A stretch of 64,000 bases of DNA from Macrostomum lignano (lineage: Eukaryota): positions 1 to 64,000 of the forward strand of contig NIVC01002591.1 in assembly GCA_002269645.1 (NCBI GenBank), written 5' to 3'. Under the pieces are notes generated by a model. The model did no database searches. It worked only from the letters and a program-made list of their open reading frames with translations, and was not told the origin of the DNA. The first letter of the stretch is position 1; the number at the start of each line of letters is the position of its first letter. Below, piece after piece: positions 37,869-50,410 of this stretch. A program made the translations under genes and the position numbers.

Positions 37869-38864
37869 ATGATTATATTTTATGATTGCATAATATATAT
37901 TGTGATCAAAGTATGTTCTATCTTGTGATTGTCATAGTTATAATTTGATGAGTTCATTTATCTGTATCTCTTCATTAACATGCTGTTCTCTTGTAATATT
38001 ACTAGTCAGTAGTAATATAGAGATTTTTGTGCCTTACATGCCATAATTAGTTTTTTAAATGAATTACAGAAAATGAAACGAATTAACTCTCTGATTATAT
38101 TTGCCATATCAAGTCAGGTATTTAGGCATTCTAGTGACTACTAGTGTAAACGCACTTCAGTTTGATATTTTTACCATTTTTTCTCTTACGGTTGAAGTCC
38201 ATTTCAATACTCTTTAATTGCCTATTAGTAATTACGCCCTATATGTATTTATTGCTTCCAATTTGACGAGGTGCTTATATCAAGTTCTTAAATTAAATTG
38301 CCGACAAAGATCAAAGAGTTCTCATATATGATAAAACAATAATGACTCTTCATTATAAACTAAATTCTAGTTAGTTTTATCTGTTTTCTTATCTTTATTT
38401 ATTTTATCCAACCTTACTTTGAACTGGTATTTTATACACATGCCAGGTAGGTTTAGTCTTTTATTTTACATGCGATGGGGCAATTGTCTTAAGGCTTAGG
38501 GATTTTATTTGTGATGCGTTCTGCTGAGCTGGAACAAAGCAATCCTGATTGTGCTCTCCGTTCTATAAAATGTTTTTTATTGTGCTGGTAGAGCAGTGCT
38601 CACTGCTCAATCGAGTCCTGCTCTAATTAATTATTGATGATGTTATCCTTACGATTGTCAGTTAGTGCAACTCTGAACACTGCAGTTTACTATCAGCCAT
38701 GCAGATTCTAGTCTCAAGATTTGGCTGAGCAATCTGGACAATATTTGTGTACGAGTATGCGATCTGTTCTGGAGGGCGGTGCCGCTGCAATGAGACAAGC
38801 AAGGAGGTTTTGGAGTTTAGGGGCGTAGATGCTTCTTTGAATGGCCCGTATGGCCGTCTGGGAT

Positions 38865-39495
38865 CTTTGATTTGCATCTGAGATCTTTGATTTGCACCAG
38901 GGATCTTTGATTTGCATCTGGGATCTTTGATTTGCATCTGGGATCTTTGATTTGCATCTGGGATCTTTGATTTGCACCAGGGATCTTTGATTTGCATCTG
39001 GGATCTTTGATTTCAACATGGGATCTTTGATTTGCACCTGGGATCTGATTTGCACCTGTGATCTTTGATTTGCACCTGGGATCTTTGATTTGCATCTGGG
39101 ATCTTTGATTTGCATCTGGGATCTTTGATTTGCATCTGGGATCTTTGATTTGCACCAGGGATCTTTGATTTGCATCTGGGATCTTTGATTTGCACCTGGG
39201 ATCTTTGATTCGCATCTGGGATCTTTGATTTGCACCAGGGATCTTTGATTCGCATCTAGGATTTTTGCTTTGCATCTTGAATCTTTAAATCTTTAAATGT
39301 GGCGCCTAGCTTGCATCTTTAAGAGTGGCTCCCTAGAAATTTAGGGGTGGCTCCTGGGATCTTTGAGAGTGGCTCCTGGGATCTTTGAGAGTGGCGCCTG
39401 GGATCTTTGAGAGTGGCTCCTGGGATCTTTGAGAGTGGCTCCTGGGATCTTTGAGAGTGGCGCCTGGGATCTTTGAGAGTGGCGCCTGGGATCAT
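38865..39495 (+). repeat. Adjacent 20-bp (GGATCTTTGATTTGCATCTG) and 22-bp (GGATCTTTGAGAGTGGCTCCTG) arrays
   Basis: Both share CTGGGATCTTTGA; about 20 and about 6 units. Confidence 0.92.
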
Positions 39496-40114
39496 TTGGA
39501 TCGTTTGCTTTGACACCTTGGAAATATTCAATAAGCGACTTACAAAGATCTGTCATATAATATACATTATATATTAGTTCGCAATATCACGTGTACATAT
39601 ACAGTGCACATACACGTAATCCTAATATCCTAAGCCGACAAAATCTATTAAAAATTGCCATCCAACCCAATATAGCTAAAGTAGTGTTTGCGGTAATTTC
39701 TTCAGTCCGCAAGCTAGTAATGCCTTTAGACTATACTCCATGCTCATACGCCTATCCAGCTTGAGATCGTGTGTTTGTTCTCCACGTTTTCATGTGTGCT
39801 GTAAGGAAGGGAGGGCAGTCTTCGGGGCTTTCGGCGACTGCAGACGCGGGAGTCCTGACTCTGTGGATTTTTAGGCTAGAAAAGAGGCTGCGGGGAGAGA
39901 AGTCGCTTCAGGTCTGATGGGAAAATTTCCATGTGGCGCTGGGATCTAAGAAAAATCATGGGGCCGGGTTTGCTTTTATTTCTTTCTCCCTGCCCGAGTT
40001 CCAGCTCCTCGGGCCAACGGCTGCCTCCATTGCTTGAGATTCCGGAAATGTCCAATGCCTGTATATTTGGGAGCAGTCCGATTATAGAATTTACGTGGAT
40101 TGATAAAAAATTAT

Positions 40115-40830
40115 GGCACTGCAATCTTGCTCAAAATGGCACTGCTGTTATCAAAAGTGCCACTGCAATCTTGCTCAAAATGGCACTGCTGTTATCAAAA
40201 GTGCCACTGCAATCTTGCTCAAAATGGCACTGCTATCATCAAAGTGCCACTTCAATCTTGCTCAAAATGGCACTGCTGTCATCAAAAGTGCCACTGCAAT
40301 CTTGCTCAAAATGGCACTGCTGTTATCAAAAGTGCCACTGCAATCTTGCTCAAAATGGCACTGCTGTCATCAAAAGTGCCACTTCAATCTTGCTCAAAAT
40401 GGCACTGCTGTCATCAAAAGTGCCACTGCAATCTTGCTCAAAATGGCACTGCTGTCATCAAAAGTGCCACTGCAATCTTGCTCAAAATGGCACTGCTGTT
40501 ATCAAAAGTGCCACTGCAATCTTGCTCAAAATGGCACTGCTGTCATCAAAAGTGCCACTGCAATCTTGCTCAAAATGGCACTGCTGTTATCAAAAGTGCC
40601 ACTGCAATCTTGCTCAAAATGGCACTGCTGTCATCAAAAGTGCCACTGCAATCTTGCTCAAAATGGCACTGCTGTCATCAAAAGTGCCACTGCAATCTTG
40701 CTCAAAATGGCACTGCTATCATCAAAGTGCCACTTCAATCTTGCTCAAAATGGCACTGCTGTTATCAACATTGGCATTGCAATCTTGCTCAAAATGGCAC
40801 TGCTATTATCAAAGATGGCACTATACTTTT
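40115..40830 (+). repeat. 44-bp dimeric minisatellite
   Basis: GCAATCTTGCTCAAAATGGCACT plus GCTGTTATCAAAAGTGCCACT; about 16 units. Confidence 0.95.
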
Positions 40831-43114
40831 TTTAAAAATGGCACTACAATCTTCATTTTTTCATGGAATTTAAGTTCAGATCAGTTTATAATTAAAAATT
40901 AAATCTTTTCTTCTGAGTTGGTTGGGTCTGCTTCAAGAGTGTCAGTTCCGTATCTCCCTCCCGTGTAGCTTGGGCTTCCCAATAAAAGATCCGGTCCATC
41001 CAGCTGCCATGGGAAGCTGGAGGTATCGCATGTGTAATTAGCAATAAATTTCTGCGAACTTTGACGCGCACTCGCGCACGCGCACTGCGTATAAAAGTGA
41101 AAAGCTGACTGCAGATCAACAGACTGGCTGGCATGGAGAGAAATGGATGAAAATGGATCGGGAAAGTGGGGACGCCGGTGCAGGTTCGCTCGGAAAGCTA
41201 TTTTTTATGGTTCTCACGCCGGCTTTCCCTTGAGAGCCAGAGAGAGAGAGAGAGAGAAAGAGAGGCCGAGGCCAAAGACATTAGATTGGATTAAAATCCA
41301 GCGTCAGCACAAAAGCATCAGGAGGACGACTTGCTAGAAGAGACTCAGAGCCTGTTTCTGCTTCTCTCCGGGGAATTCTCATTTCTGAGTCTCTCTCTGC
41401 CGCTCTGGTCCTGGAGACTCAGAGACAGAAAGTGGATAAAAGGGGAAATGGAGGAGTTGAGCAGAAATAGGGGTCAGAGACGGAGCGAGAGTGAGTTGTT
41501 AGGGCCTGTCTAAAATGACTTTTTGCCCCCCGAGTTTTGTCATCAAATCCGGGCCATGTTGCGAATTTGTGACTTTTGGCTTTTTGACGACTGCATGTCA
41601 GTTTCTGGGGTTAAAAATTGCCGCTTTCTGAGTTGTGTCAAGAAAGATTTCAAGACGAAGATGACGCTTGTCCATTTGGCGCCGAAATCTTGACGAAAGA
41701 ATCGAGCCCGTGACTTCAATACAGCTGCTTGGCACAGAGCTGTATTTCCTATCCAGTTTGGCAAGCCCCCTTCCCAATTCTCGAGCAGTTCTCAGATGGC
41801 ACGCGATGAGTATTAACACCCGTCAATCTCGTGCTTAATCTCATCACGTTCTAATATCCCCGTGTATAATCCTCACTTTTGGTTTGTCATGCATTTTTCA
41901 ACGCTGCATATTGTGCGCGCGAGCCGGTGCCCTCTCTGCGCCAAAATTGTAATTGATGTTTGGAAATTCTCAGCGGGGATTTTACTGGCACCCCAGTATG
42001 CAGCCAAAGGAGACTTGTCAAGACTGTAGATGATAAAAGACAACTCCAGATGGGATTCTGCATTATTTAGCAGGACCTGTCCCCATCCGTGCGTCTTGCT
42101 GTCTCTTGAGCAGCCTTGAGAAGTGGATAGGGGGGATATTTTCCCCCGAAGAAAAGGCTATGGCGGGCGGCCACACTCAATAGGCTCTGATGCTGAAATG
42201 GAGGCCAAGCTTCATCATATCCAGCGTCCAGCAGGGCCGTTTCGCTTTTCTCTTGTGTTCTTAAATAATGGATTAAGAAGCAGGTGCTGCTAATCCTCCT
42301 CCATCGCTGGTCTTTCAGTCTCTCGTTGTTTCCCAACCCCTACAGCTAAGCCTCTGTTTTTACTGCATTAGAGAAAGAAAATTCAAAATGACCAAACGCG
42401 AAACCCGGGGATCAAAAATGCGAGAGACGATCTGCTGAATGGGGATTTCCCAATACTTGATCGGTTCGGAGCGTATCAGCCCCGTGAACTGTCAAAAGAA
42501 ATGATTGCCTTGAAAGCTACCGTTTTAGAGCTTGGTCAAAGCTCTGCTAAATCTTCTTTTAAAGCTTTTGACTAACTTGATCCATAGTCGGGTGTCCTAT
42601 TGGGGGAGATTGGAGCTCTTTGTATTGTCGTGAGCATCAGCTTGATGTCTGTCTGTGTGCAGTGTACAGTTTTTTTCCAAAGCATGATTTCGAACCCCCC
42701 GCTGTGAGGAGGGAAATCGGCGCGGTGAGGTGGGGGGAGATTTCACGGGTTTTATTCTCTAAATTCGCAGAATAATCTGGAGCAGATGGGGCCTGTAGGC
42801 TCCTCGCTCTCTGTGGGGCTTTGGCGCCAACATATGCAGAACTCAACAACAATACATTGGCATACTGGGCTTCACTGTCTGGTCTGCTCAAACTATGAAT
42901 TGTTACAATACAATGTAATAAGACTATCTATCAGTCATATAGCTAATATTGTATGGAATGTTGATATCGTCATCATATGGTGCCCTTTCATTTTTTCCTT
43001 TGTTGGCAACTTTTTCTGTCTTACTTTTTTCTCCCCGATTGAATAGCTAAATTAACTTGAAAGAAAACTTTTGCTTTCGCAACATATTCTCAACTTATCT
43101 GCTTGCTCACCCTC

Positions 43115-43940
43115 CAGATGTCTCACTCTACTTCTCAACAATCTCAGTATCTCAACTCTACTTCTCAGTGTCTCACTTTACTTCTCAGTGTCTCACTCTA
43201 CTTCTCAGTGTCTCACTTTACTTCTCAGTGTCTCACTCTACTTCTCAGTGTCTCACTCTACTTCTCACCAATCTCAGTGTTTCAGTCTACTTCTCACCAA
43301 TCTCAGTGTCTCACTCTACTTCTCAGTTTCTCACTTTTACTTCTCAGTGTCTCACTCTACTTCTCAGTGTCTCACTTTACTTCTCAGTGTCTCACTCTAC
43401 TTCTCAGTGTCTCACTCTACTTCTCAGTGTCTCACTCTACTTCTCAATTTCTCACTCTTACTTCTCAGTGTCTCACTTTACTTCTCAGTGTCTCACTCTA
43501 CTTCTCAGTGTCTCACTCTTACTTCTCAGTGTCTCACTCTACTTCTCACCAATCTCAGTGTTTCAGTCTACTTCTCACCAATCTCAGTGTCTCACTCTAC
43601 TTCTCAGTGTCTCACTCTACTTCTCAATTTCTCACTCTTACTTCTCAGTGTCTCACTTACTTATCAGTGGCTCACTCTACTTCTGAGTGTCTCACTCTAC
43701 TTCTCAGTGTCTCACTCTACTTCTGAGTGTCTCACTCTACTTCTCAGTGTCTCACTCTACTTCTGAGTGTCTCACTCTACTTCTCAGTGTCTCACTCTAC
43801 TTCTCAGTGTCTCACTCTACTTCTGAGTGTCTCACTCTACTTCTCAGTGTCTCACTCTACTTCTCAGTGTCTCACTCTACTTCTCAGTGACTCACTCTAC
43901 TTCTCAGTGTCTCACTCTTACTTCCCAGTATCTCACTCTA
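43115..43940 (+). repeat. 20-bp minisatellite (TCTCACTCTACTTCTCAGTG)
   Basis: About 40 units. Confidence 0.95.
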
Positions 43941-44534
43941 CTTTTTACCTTCCCAGTATCTCACTCCACTTCTCTCCCCTATACTGTATCACTCCAATTC
44001 CCAGCTTCTGTCTGACTTTCATGCCTCAACATTCAACTTACCAGGGGTTTATATTCATGTACCACTTTTTAATAGATCGTATACAATAAACAGTGAGCAT
44101 GTACAGCAGTAGCGCACAATGAATCAATCGCCTTTTTAAGTGTTGGGCCCGAGAGAGAGAAATGGCTCTTCTCTGAATTCGCTCGCTTTTCTCTAATAGA
44201 AAACTGCCAGGGAATTTTTTCCCGCATCAACCAGCTGCTGTGAACCCTTGAGCAGGGAGGCTTTGGCCAGCTCAGTCCCCGAGCCCCTTTGAGAGGCCTC
44301 AGCTCACTCGCTCGCAGGTGAGGGTCCCCTCCTGATAACCGTTTGGCGCCCTGGTAATACTTAACCAACCTTGGATAAAACTCTTATGAGCGCCTCAGTT
44401 AAGGATGCTGAATGCTGAGCACTGGTAGAGAAATTCTCCTGATCTGGAAATCTAATTCATTTTATTGTACGCTTGTTTCCAGGCTATAATTATTCAGGCT
44501 TGCAGGTCTTAGTTAAAGAAAGTCTTGCTCTAGA

Positions 44535-45025
44535 AGCTTTTGGAAGGTTTTGCTTCTAAAGGGGCTGTTCTTTCTTGGAAGGTTTTGCTTCTAAAGGGGC
44601 TGTTCTTTCTTGGAAGGTTTTGCTTCTAAAGGGGCTGTTCTTTCTTGGAAGGTTTTGCTTCTAAAGGGGCTGTTCTTTCTTGGAAAGGTTTTGCTTCTAA
44701 AGGGGCTGTTCTTTCTTGGAAGGCTTTGCTTCTAAAGGGGCTGTTCTTTCTTGGAAAGGTTTTGCTTCTAAAGGAGCTGTTCTTTCTTGGAAGGTTTTGC
44801 TTCTAGAGGAGCTGCTCTTTCTTGGAATGTTTTGCTTCTAGAGGAGCTGCTCTTTCTTGGAAGGTTTTGCTTCTAGAGGAGCTGCTCTTTCTTGGAAGGT
44901 GTTGCTTCTAGAGGAGCTGTTCTTTCTTGGAAGGTTTTGCTTCTAGAGGAGCTGCTCTTTCTTGGAAGGTGTTGCTTCTAGAGGAGCTGCTCTTTCTTGG
45001 AAGGTGTTGCTTCTAGAGGAGCTAT
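44535..45025 (+). repeat. 35-bp minisatellite (TTGGAAGGTTTTGCTTCTAAAGGGGCTGTTCTTTC)
   Basis: About 14 units; unit matches the interior of the 49625-49860 MITE. Confidence 0.93.
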
Positions 45026-46081
45026 CCTTATAGGAGGCTGTGTTTCTTCCAGATCAGCCTATCTTCTAGCAGCCATCAGTTTGCAATAAGCAATACTTAA
45101 AAAAACCTGAATTTAACAAAAAAGTTCTTTCACGCAAGCGGCGGCCGAGACAAAAAACTCTCAAAGCAATCCCAGGTTTGAAAGCTGGGGGGGTTGGGGA
45201 AATGACGTGTTTTGAATAGTCTCTCTCTCTAATTAATTTCCGCTCTGTTTTCATTCCTTCGTGCTATATACTGTAGTAGTGTCTTCCAGAGCGGGCAGGC
45301 TGACTCCAGCCTCCTCCATCTCGGCTCAGTACTGGGCAATGAAGGCCAAACTCCCCATAATATTAGTAATCCACTCGCAGTATTGCCAGGGCGCGGAGAA
45401 AAAGTTAGGCCACCAAAGTTTCAGCCGGTGCCGATGGGAACGCGGCCCACCTGTGAAATATTTATGCTGCCAGGGAAGAGGGGAAGAGAAAAACCCCGCG
45501 CAGTTTTTTTCAGGTTTTGAGTAGCGGGAGGCCAGTTGAGAGATGAGAAGCGGCTACCACTACTGGTCCTCCATCTTAGAGCCGCGCTGCTTCCTAAGAC
45601 TCTCGTCTCTACACCCCCCCCAGTCAACCCCTTGGAACTCCCATACTTCTCAAGATTAAACAATGCCCTCCTCACGCACACGTGTGCGGCCGCAGTCCAC
45701 GCTATAGCGGTCCCTGCTCAGTATATAGTGTGTAACCCTTGCTGCTGCTGCTGCTGGAGCACTCCCGATACTTGGAAGTTTGGTTGGATGTGAATTTTTT
45801 TGGAGGACTACCTAAGAGAAGCGCATAGAGACTGACGGAGCTGAGAAAGAGAGGGTCGAAGTGAGAGTCCATGCAGCCTCTTTAAAAAACGCCTCTCCTA
45901 TGTAAGCTTTAGGTACAGCTCTCCTAAACCTAGCATAGTTTTGTTTAGACTCTGAATTCCACACTGGGTCTCCTGATCGGCGATTTCTCTTGCATTATTT
46001 TTTTGTTTTATTGTTTTTGCACAATAAGTTGCCATTGATTCGATATGCAACAAATGGGTGAGCTTAATTAATGGCAAGACA

Positions 46082-49030
46082 GGAACCCCCTACTCCTGAA
46101 GCGACACTGGAACCCCCTACTCCTGAAGCGACACTGGAACCCCTACTCCTGAAGCGACACTGGAACCCCCTACTCCTGAAGCGACACTGGAACCCCCTAC
46201 TCCTGAAGCGACACTGGAACCCCCTACTCCTGAAGCGACACTGGAACCCCCTACTCCTGAAGCGACACTGGAACCCCCTACTCCTGAAGCGACACTGAAA
46301 CCCCCTACTCCTGAAGCGACACTGGAACCCCCTACTCCTGAAGCGACACTGGAACCCCCTACTCCTGAAGCGACACTGGAACCCCCTACTCCTGAAGCGA
46401 CACTGGAACCCCCTACTCCTGAAGCGACACTGGAGAATCCCCTACTCCTGAAGCGACACTGGAACCCCTACTTCTGAAGCGACACTGGAACCCCCTACTC
46501 CTGAAGCGACACTGGAACCCCCTACTCCTGAAGCGACACTGGAACCCCTACTCCTGAAGCGACACTGGAACCCCCTACTCCTGAAGCGACACTGGAACCC
46601 CCTACTCCTGAAGCGACACTGGAACCCCCTACTCCTGAAGCGACACTGGAACCCCCTACTCCTGAAGCGACACTGGAACCCTCTACTCCTGAAGCGACAC
46701 TGGAACCCCTACTTCTGAAGCGACACTGGAACCCCCCTACTCCTGAAGCGACACTGGAACCCCCTACTCCTGAAGCGACACTGGAACCCCCTACTCCTGA
46801 AGCGACACTGGAACCCCCTACTCCTGAAGCGACACTGGAACCCCCTACTCCTGAAGCGACACTGGAACCCCCTACTCCTGAAGCGACACTGGAACCCCCT
46901 ACTCCTGAAGCGACACTGGAACCCCCTACTCCTGAAGCGACACTGGAACCCCCTACTCCTGAAGCGACACTGGAACCCCCTACTCCTGAAGCGACACTGG
47001 AACCCCCTACTCCTGAAGCGACACTGGAACCCCCTACTCCTGAAGCGACACTGGAACCCCCTACTCCTGAAGCGACACTGGAGAATCCCCTACTCCTGAA
47101 GCGACACTGGAACCCCTACTTCTGAAGCGACACTGGAACCCCCTACTCCTGAAGCGACACTGGAACCCCTACTCCTGAAGCGACACTGGAACCCCTACTC
47201 CTGAAGCGACACTGGAACCCCCTACTCCTGAAGCGACACTGGAACCCCCTACTCCTGAAGCGACACTGGAACCCCCTACTCCTGAAGCGACACTGGAACC
47301 CCCTACTCCTGAAGCGACACTGGAACCCCCTACTCCTGAAGCGACACTGGAACCCCCTACTCCTGAAGCGACACTGGAACCCCTACTTCTGAAGCGACAC
47401 TGGAACCCCCTACTCCTGAAGCGACACTGGAACCCCCTACTCCTGAAGCGACACTGGAACCCCCTACTCCTGAAGCGACACTGGAACCCCCTACTCCTGA
47501 AGCGACACTGGAACCCCCTACTCCTGAAGCGACACTGGAACCCCCTACTCCTGAAGCGACACTGGAACCCCTACTCCTGAAGCGACACTGGAACCCCCTA
47601 CTCCTGAAGCGACACTGGAACCCCCTACTCCTGAAGCGACACTGGAGAATTCCCTACTCCTGAAGCGACACTGGAACCCCCTACTCCTGAAGCGACACTG
47701 GAGAATCCCCTACTCCTGAAGCGACACTGGAACCCCCTACTCCTGAAGCGACACTGGAACCCCCTACTCCTGAAGCGACACTGGAGAATCCCCTACTCCT
47801 GAAGCGACACTGGAACCCCCTACTCCTGAAGCGACACTGGAACCCCCTACTCCTGAAGCGACACTGGAGAATCCCCTACTCCTGAAGCGACACTGGAACC
47901 CCCTACTCCTGAAGCGACACTGGAACCCCCTACTCCTGAAGCGACACTGGAACCCCCTACTCCTGAAGCGACACTGGAACCCCCTACTCCTGAAGCGACA
48001 CTGGAACCCCCTACTCCTGAAGCGACACTGGAACCCCCTACTCCTGAAGCGACACTGGAACCCCCTACTCCTGAAGCGACACTGGAACCCCCTACTCCTG
48101 AAGCGACACTGGAACCCCCTACTCCTGAAGCGACACTGGAACCCCCTACTCCTGAAGCGACACTGGAACCCCCTACTCCTGAAGCGACACTGGAACCCCC
48201 TACTCCTGAAGCGACACTGGAACCCCCTACTCCTGAAGCGACACTGGAACCCCCTACTCCTGAAGCGACACTGGAACCCCCTACTCCTGAAGCGACACTG
48301 GAACCCCCTACTCCTGAAGCGACACTGGAGAATCCCCTACTCCTGAAGCGACACTGGAACCCCTACTTCTGAAGCGACACTGGAACCCCCTACTCCTGAA
48401 GCGACACTGGAACCCCCTACTCCTGAAGCGACACTGGAACCCCCTACTCCTGAAGCGACACTGGAACCCCTACTCCTGAAGCGACACTGGAACCCCCTAC
48501 TCCTGAAGCGATACTGGAACCCCCTACTCCTGAAGCGACACTGGAACCCCTACTTCTGAAGCGACACTGGAACCCCCTACTCCTGAAGCGACACTGGAAC
48601 CCCCTACTCCTGAAGCGACACTGGAACCCCCTACTCCTGAAGCGACACTGGAGAATCCCCTACTCCTGAAGCGACACTGGAACCCCTACTCCTGAAGCGA
48701 CACTGGAACCCCCTACTCCTGAAGCGACACTGGAACCCCCTACTCCTGAAGCGACACTGGAACCCCTACTTCTGAAGCGACACTGGAACCCCCTACTCCT
48801 GAAGCGACACTGGAACCCCCTACTCCTGAAGCGACACTGGAACCCCCTACTCCTGAAGCGACACTGGAACCCCTACTCCTGAAGCGACACTGGAACCCCT
48901 ACTCCTGAAGCGACACTGGAACCCCCTACTCCTGAAGCGACACTGGAACCCCTACTCCTGAAGCGACACTGGAACCCCCTACTCCTGAAGCGACACTGGA
49001 ACCCCCTACTCCTGAAGCGACACTGGAACC
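46082..49030 (+). repeat. 27-bp satellite (CCCCCTACTCCTGAAGCGACACTGGAA), largest array in the window
   Basis: About 110 units with 26- and 28-bp variants. Confidence 0.98.
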
Positions 49031-49624
49031 AGTCTTGAAGCAACTTTTGAGTTCACAGCTTAGTTGCAAATTTTCATTGTATTACGTTGGCTTAATACTT
49101 TAGATCCTGCGCGCACTCGTGCATAGACCATTTAAGCACGCAAAATCGATGTATGAATCCTACATTAAACAATTCGACAAATATTCATACCTTATGTACA
49201 GTATATTTTAGTTTGAATGCTTGTAAACACCGTCTTTAAGCAAATTGAAGCGCAAACAGAATAACAAACACAAACAGCAGCTGTTGCAGACGCAAGCTAG
49301 CGGTTGCTACCGTGTTTACTAAAATGAGAACGACAATCGTACACTTTCAACACCAAGAATGGACAAAGTTCTAGGAAGCGAAGCATATTTTTATTAGTAG
49401 AGAACAAGCTGGGACAATAAAGTCCTCAATAAATCTGTCTTAATAGTACATGTACATGCTCTAAAACCATTCTTACTTGTACATAAAAAATCGATTTTGT
49501 TTGTGAACACGCGGTATATAAATTGTGCATATCTAGCGTGCAGACTTTCAAATACATAAACTAACACACATGATAAACAACCAGAGCTCATGGACAACCA
49601 AAAAGTAAAAACTATACACTATAT

Positions 49625-49860
49625 TTTCTAAAAAATGAGCTGGAGGTCGTAGAGAAAATGAGACTTCTCCACCGTATTTTTCTATGGCGAAAGCCCCATT
49701 CAGAGCTGTGCTTTCTCTATGGGCATGCTAAATACTTATAGAATTGCTTCTAGAGGGGCTGTTCTTTCTTAGAAAGTATTGCTTCTAGAGGATCTGTTCC
49801 TCTAGCAAGCAATATGACAAATGCACGTTTTTTATCTGCCTCCAGCTCATTTCAAAGAAA
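49625..49860. mobile_element. MITE-like element (236 bp); solo end at about 21610-21690
   Basis: 22-bp imperfect TIRs with a perfect core AAATGAGCTGGAGG / CCTCCAGCTCATTT; a homologous terminus lies in NRAMP intron 1. Confidence 0.65.
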
Positions 49861-50410
49861 GTCGAGTGAGCGTACTTCTACTTCAGCTGTCCATGACAAT
49901 GCATTACATACATAAGTTTAAAGTTTCTACCTGACACTAAGGTTGGTCGCCCATGGTACTTTATTCAGTATAGATGGGCTTGAAAACATCACAGAAATTC
50001 AATATCTTGAGTCCTTTGGATCCACTTGCGCTCTTGTGTACGCCTATATGTACAGTTAGGGTAGATTGAAATAAATTATAAATTAGTTACCAACTGTAGT
50101 TGTAGTACAAGTAGAAAAAACAAAGGACACATTTTTATCTCTCCTGCTTGTGTACCAACAGAGAAAGGTTATAACTGGGGTTGTTACAGGGGTCTCGGTG
50201 GGAGGGGGGTTCACAGGACAATTCAGGTGTTCCATTGTTTTTTCCATAAGGGTTTCTTGTATGCCCTAGGTGTTTTTGAGGAGTCAAAATTTACCAAAAA
50301 GATCTCCGTAAGAATTATGATAATTAGTCAATCTATGTGTCAACATCTCTCAATGGCTGAATGAGGGTTGCAATTGTACATGTACCTGCATGGTTGCTGT
50401 GGAATAAAGG

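Noticed and set aside
39931-40902. Cys/His-rich zinc-finger-like or cytochrome-like ORFs
   Set aside because: Three overlapping frames of a 44-bp array; no unique domain.
46071-49030. Mucin-like PTPEATLEP protein
   Set aside because: Frequent 26- and 28-bp units shift the frame; this is a satellite.
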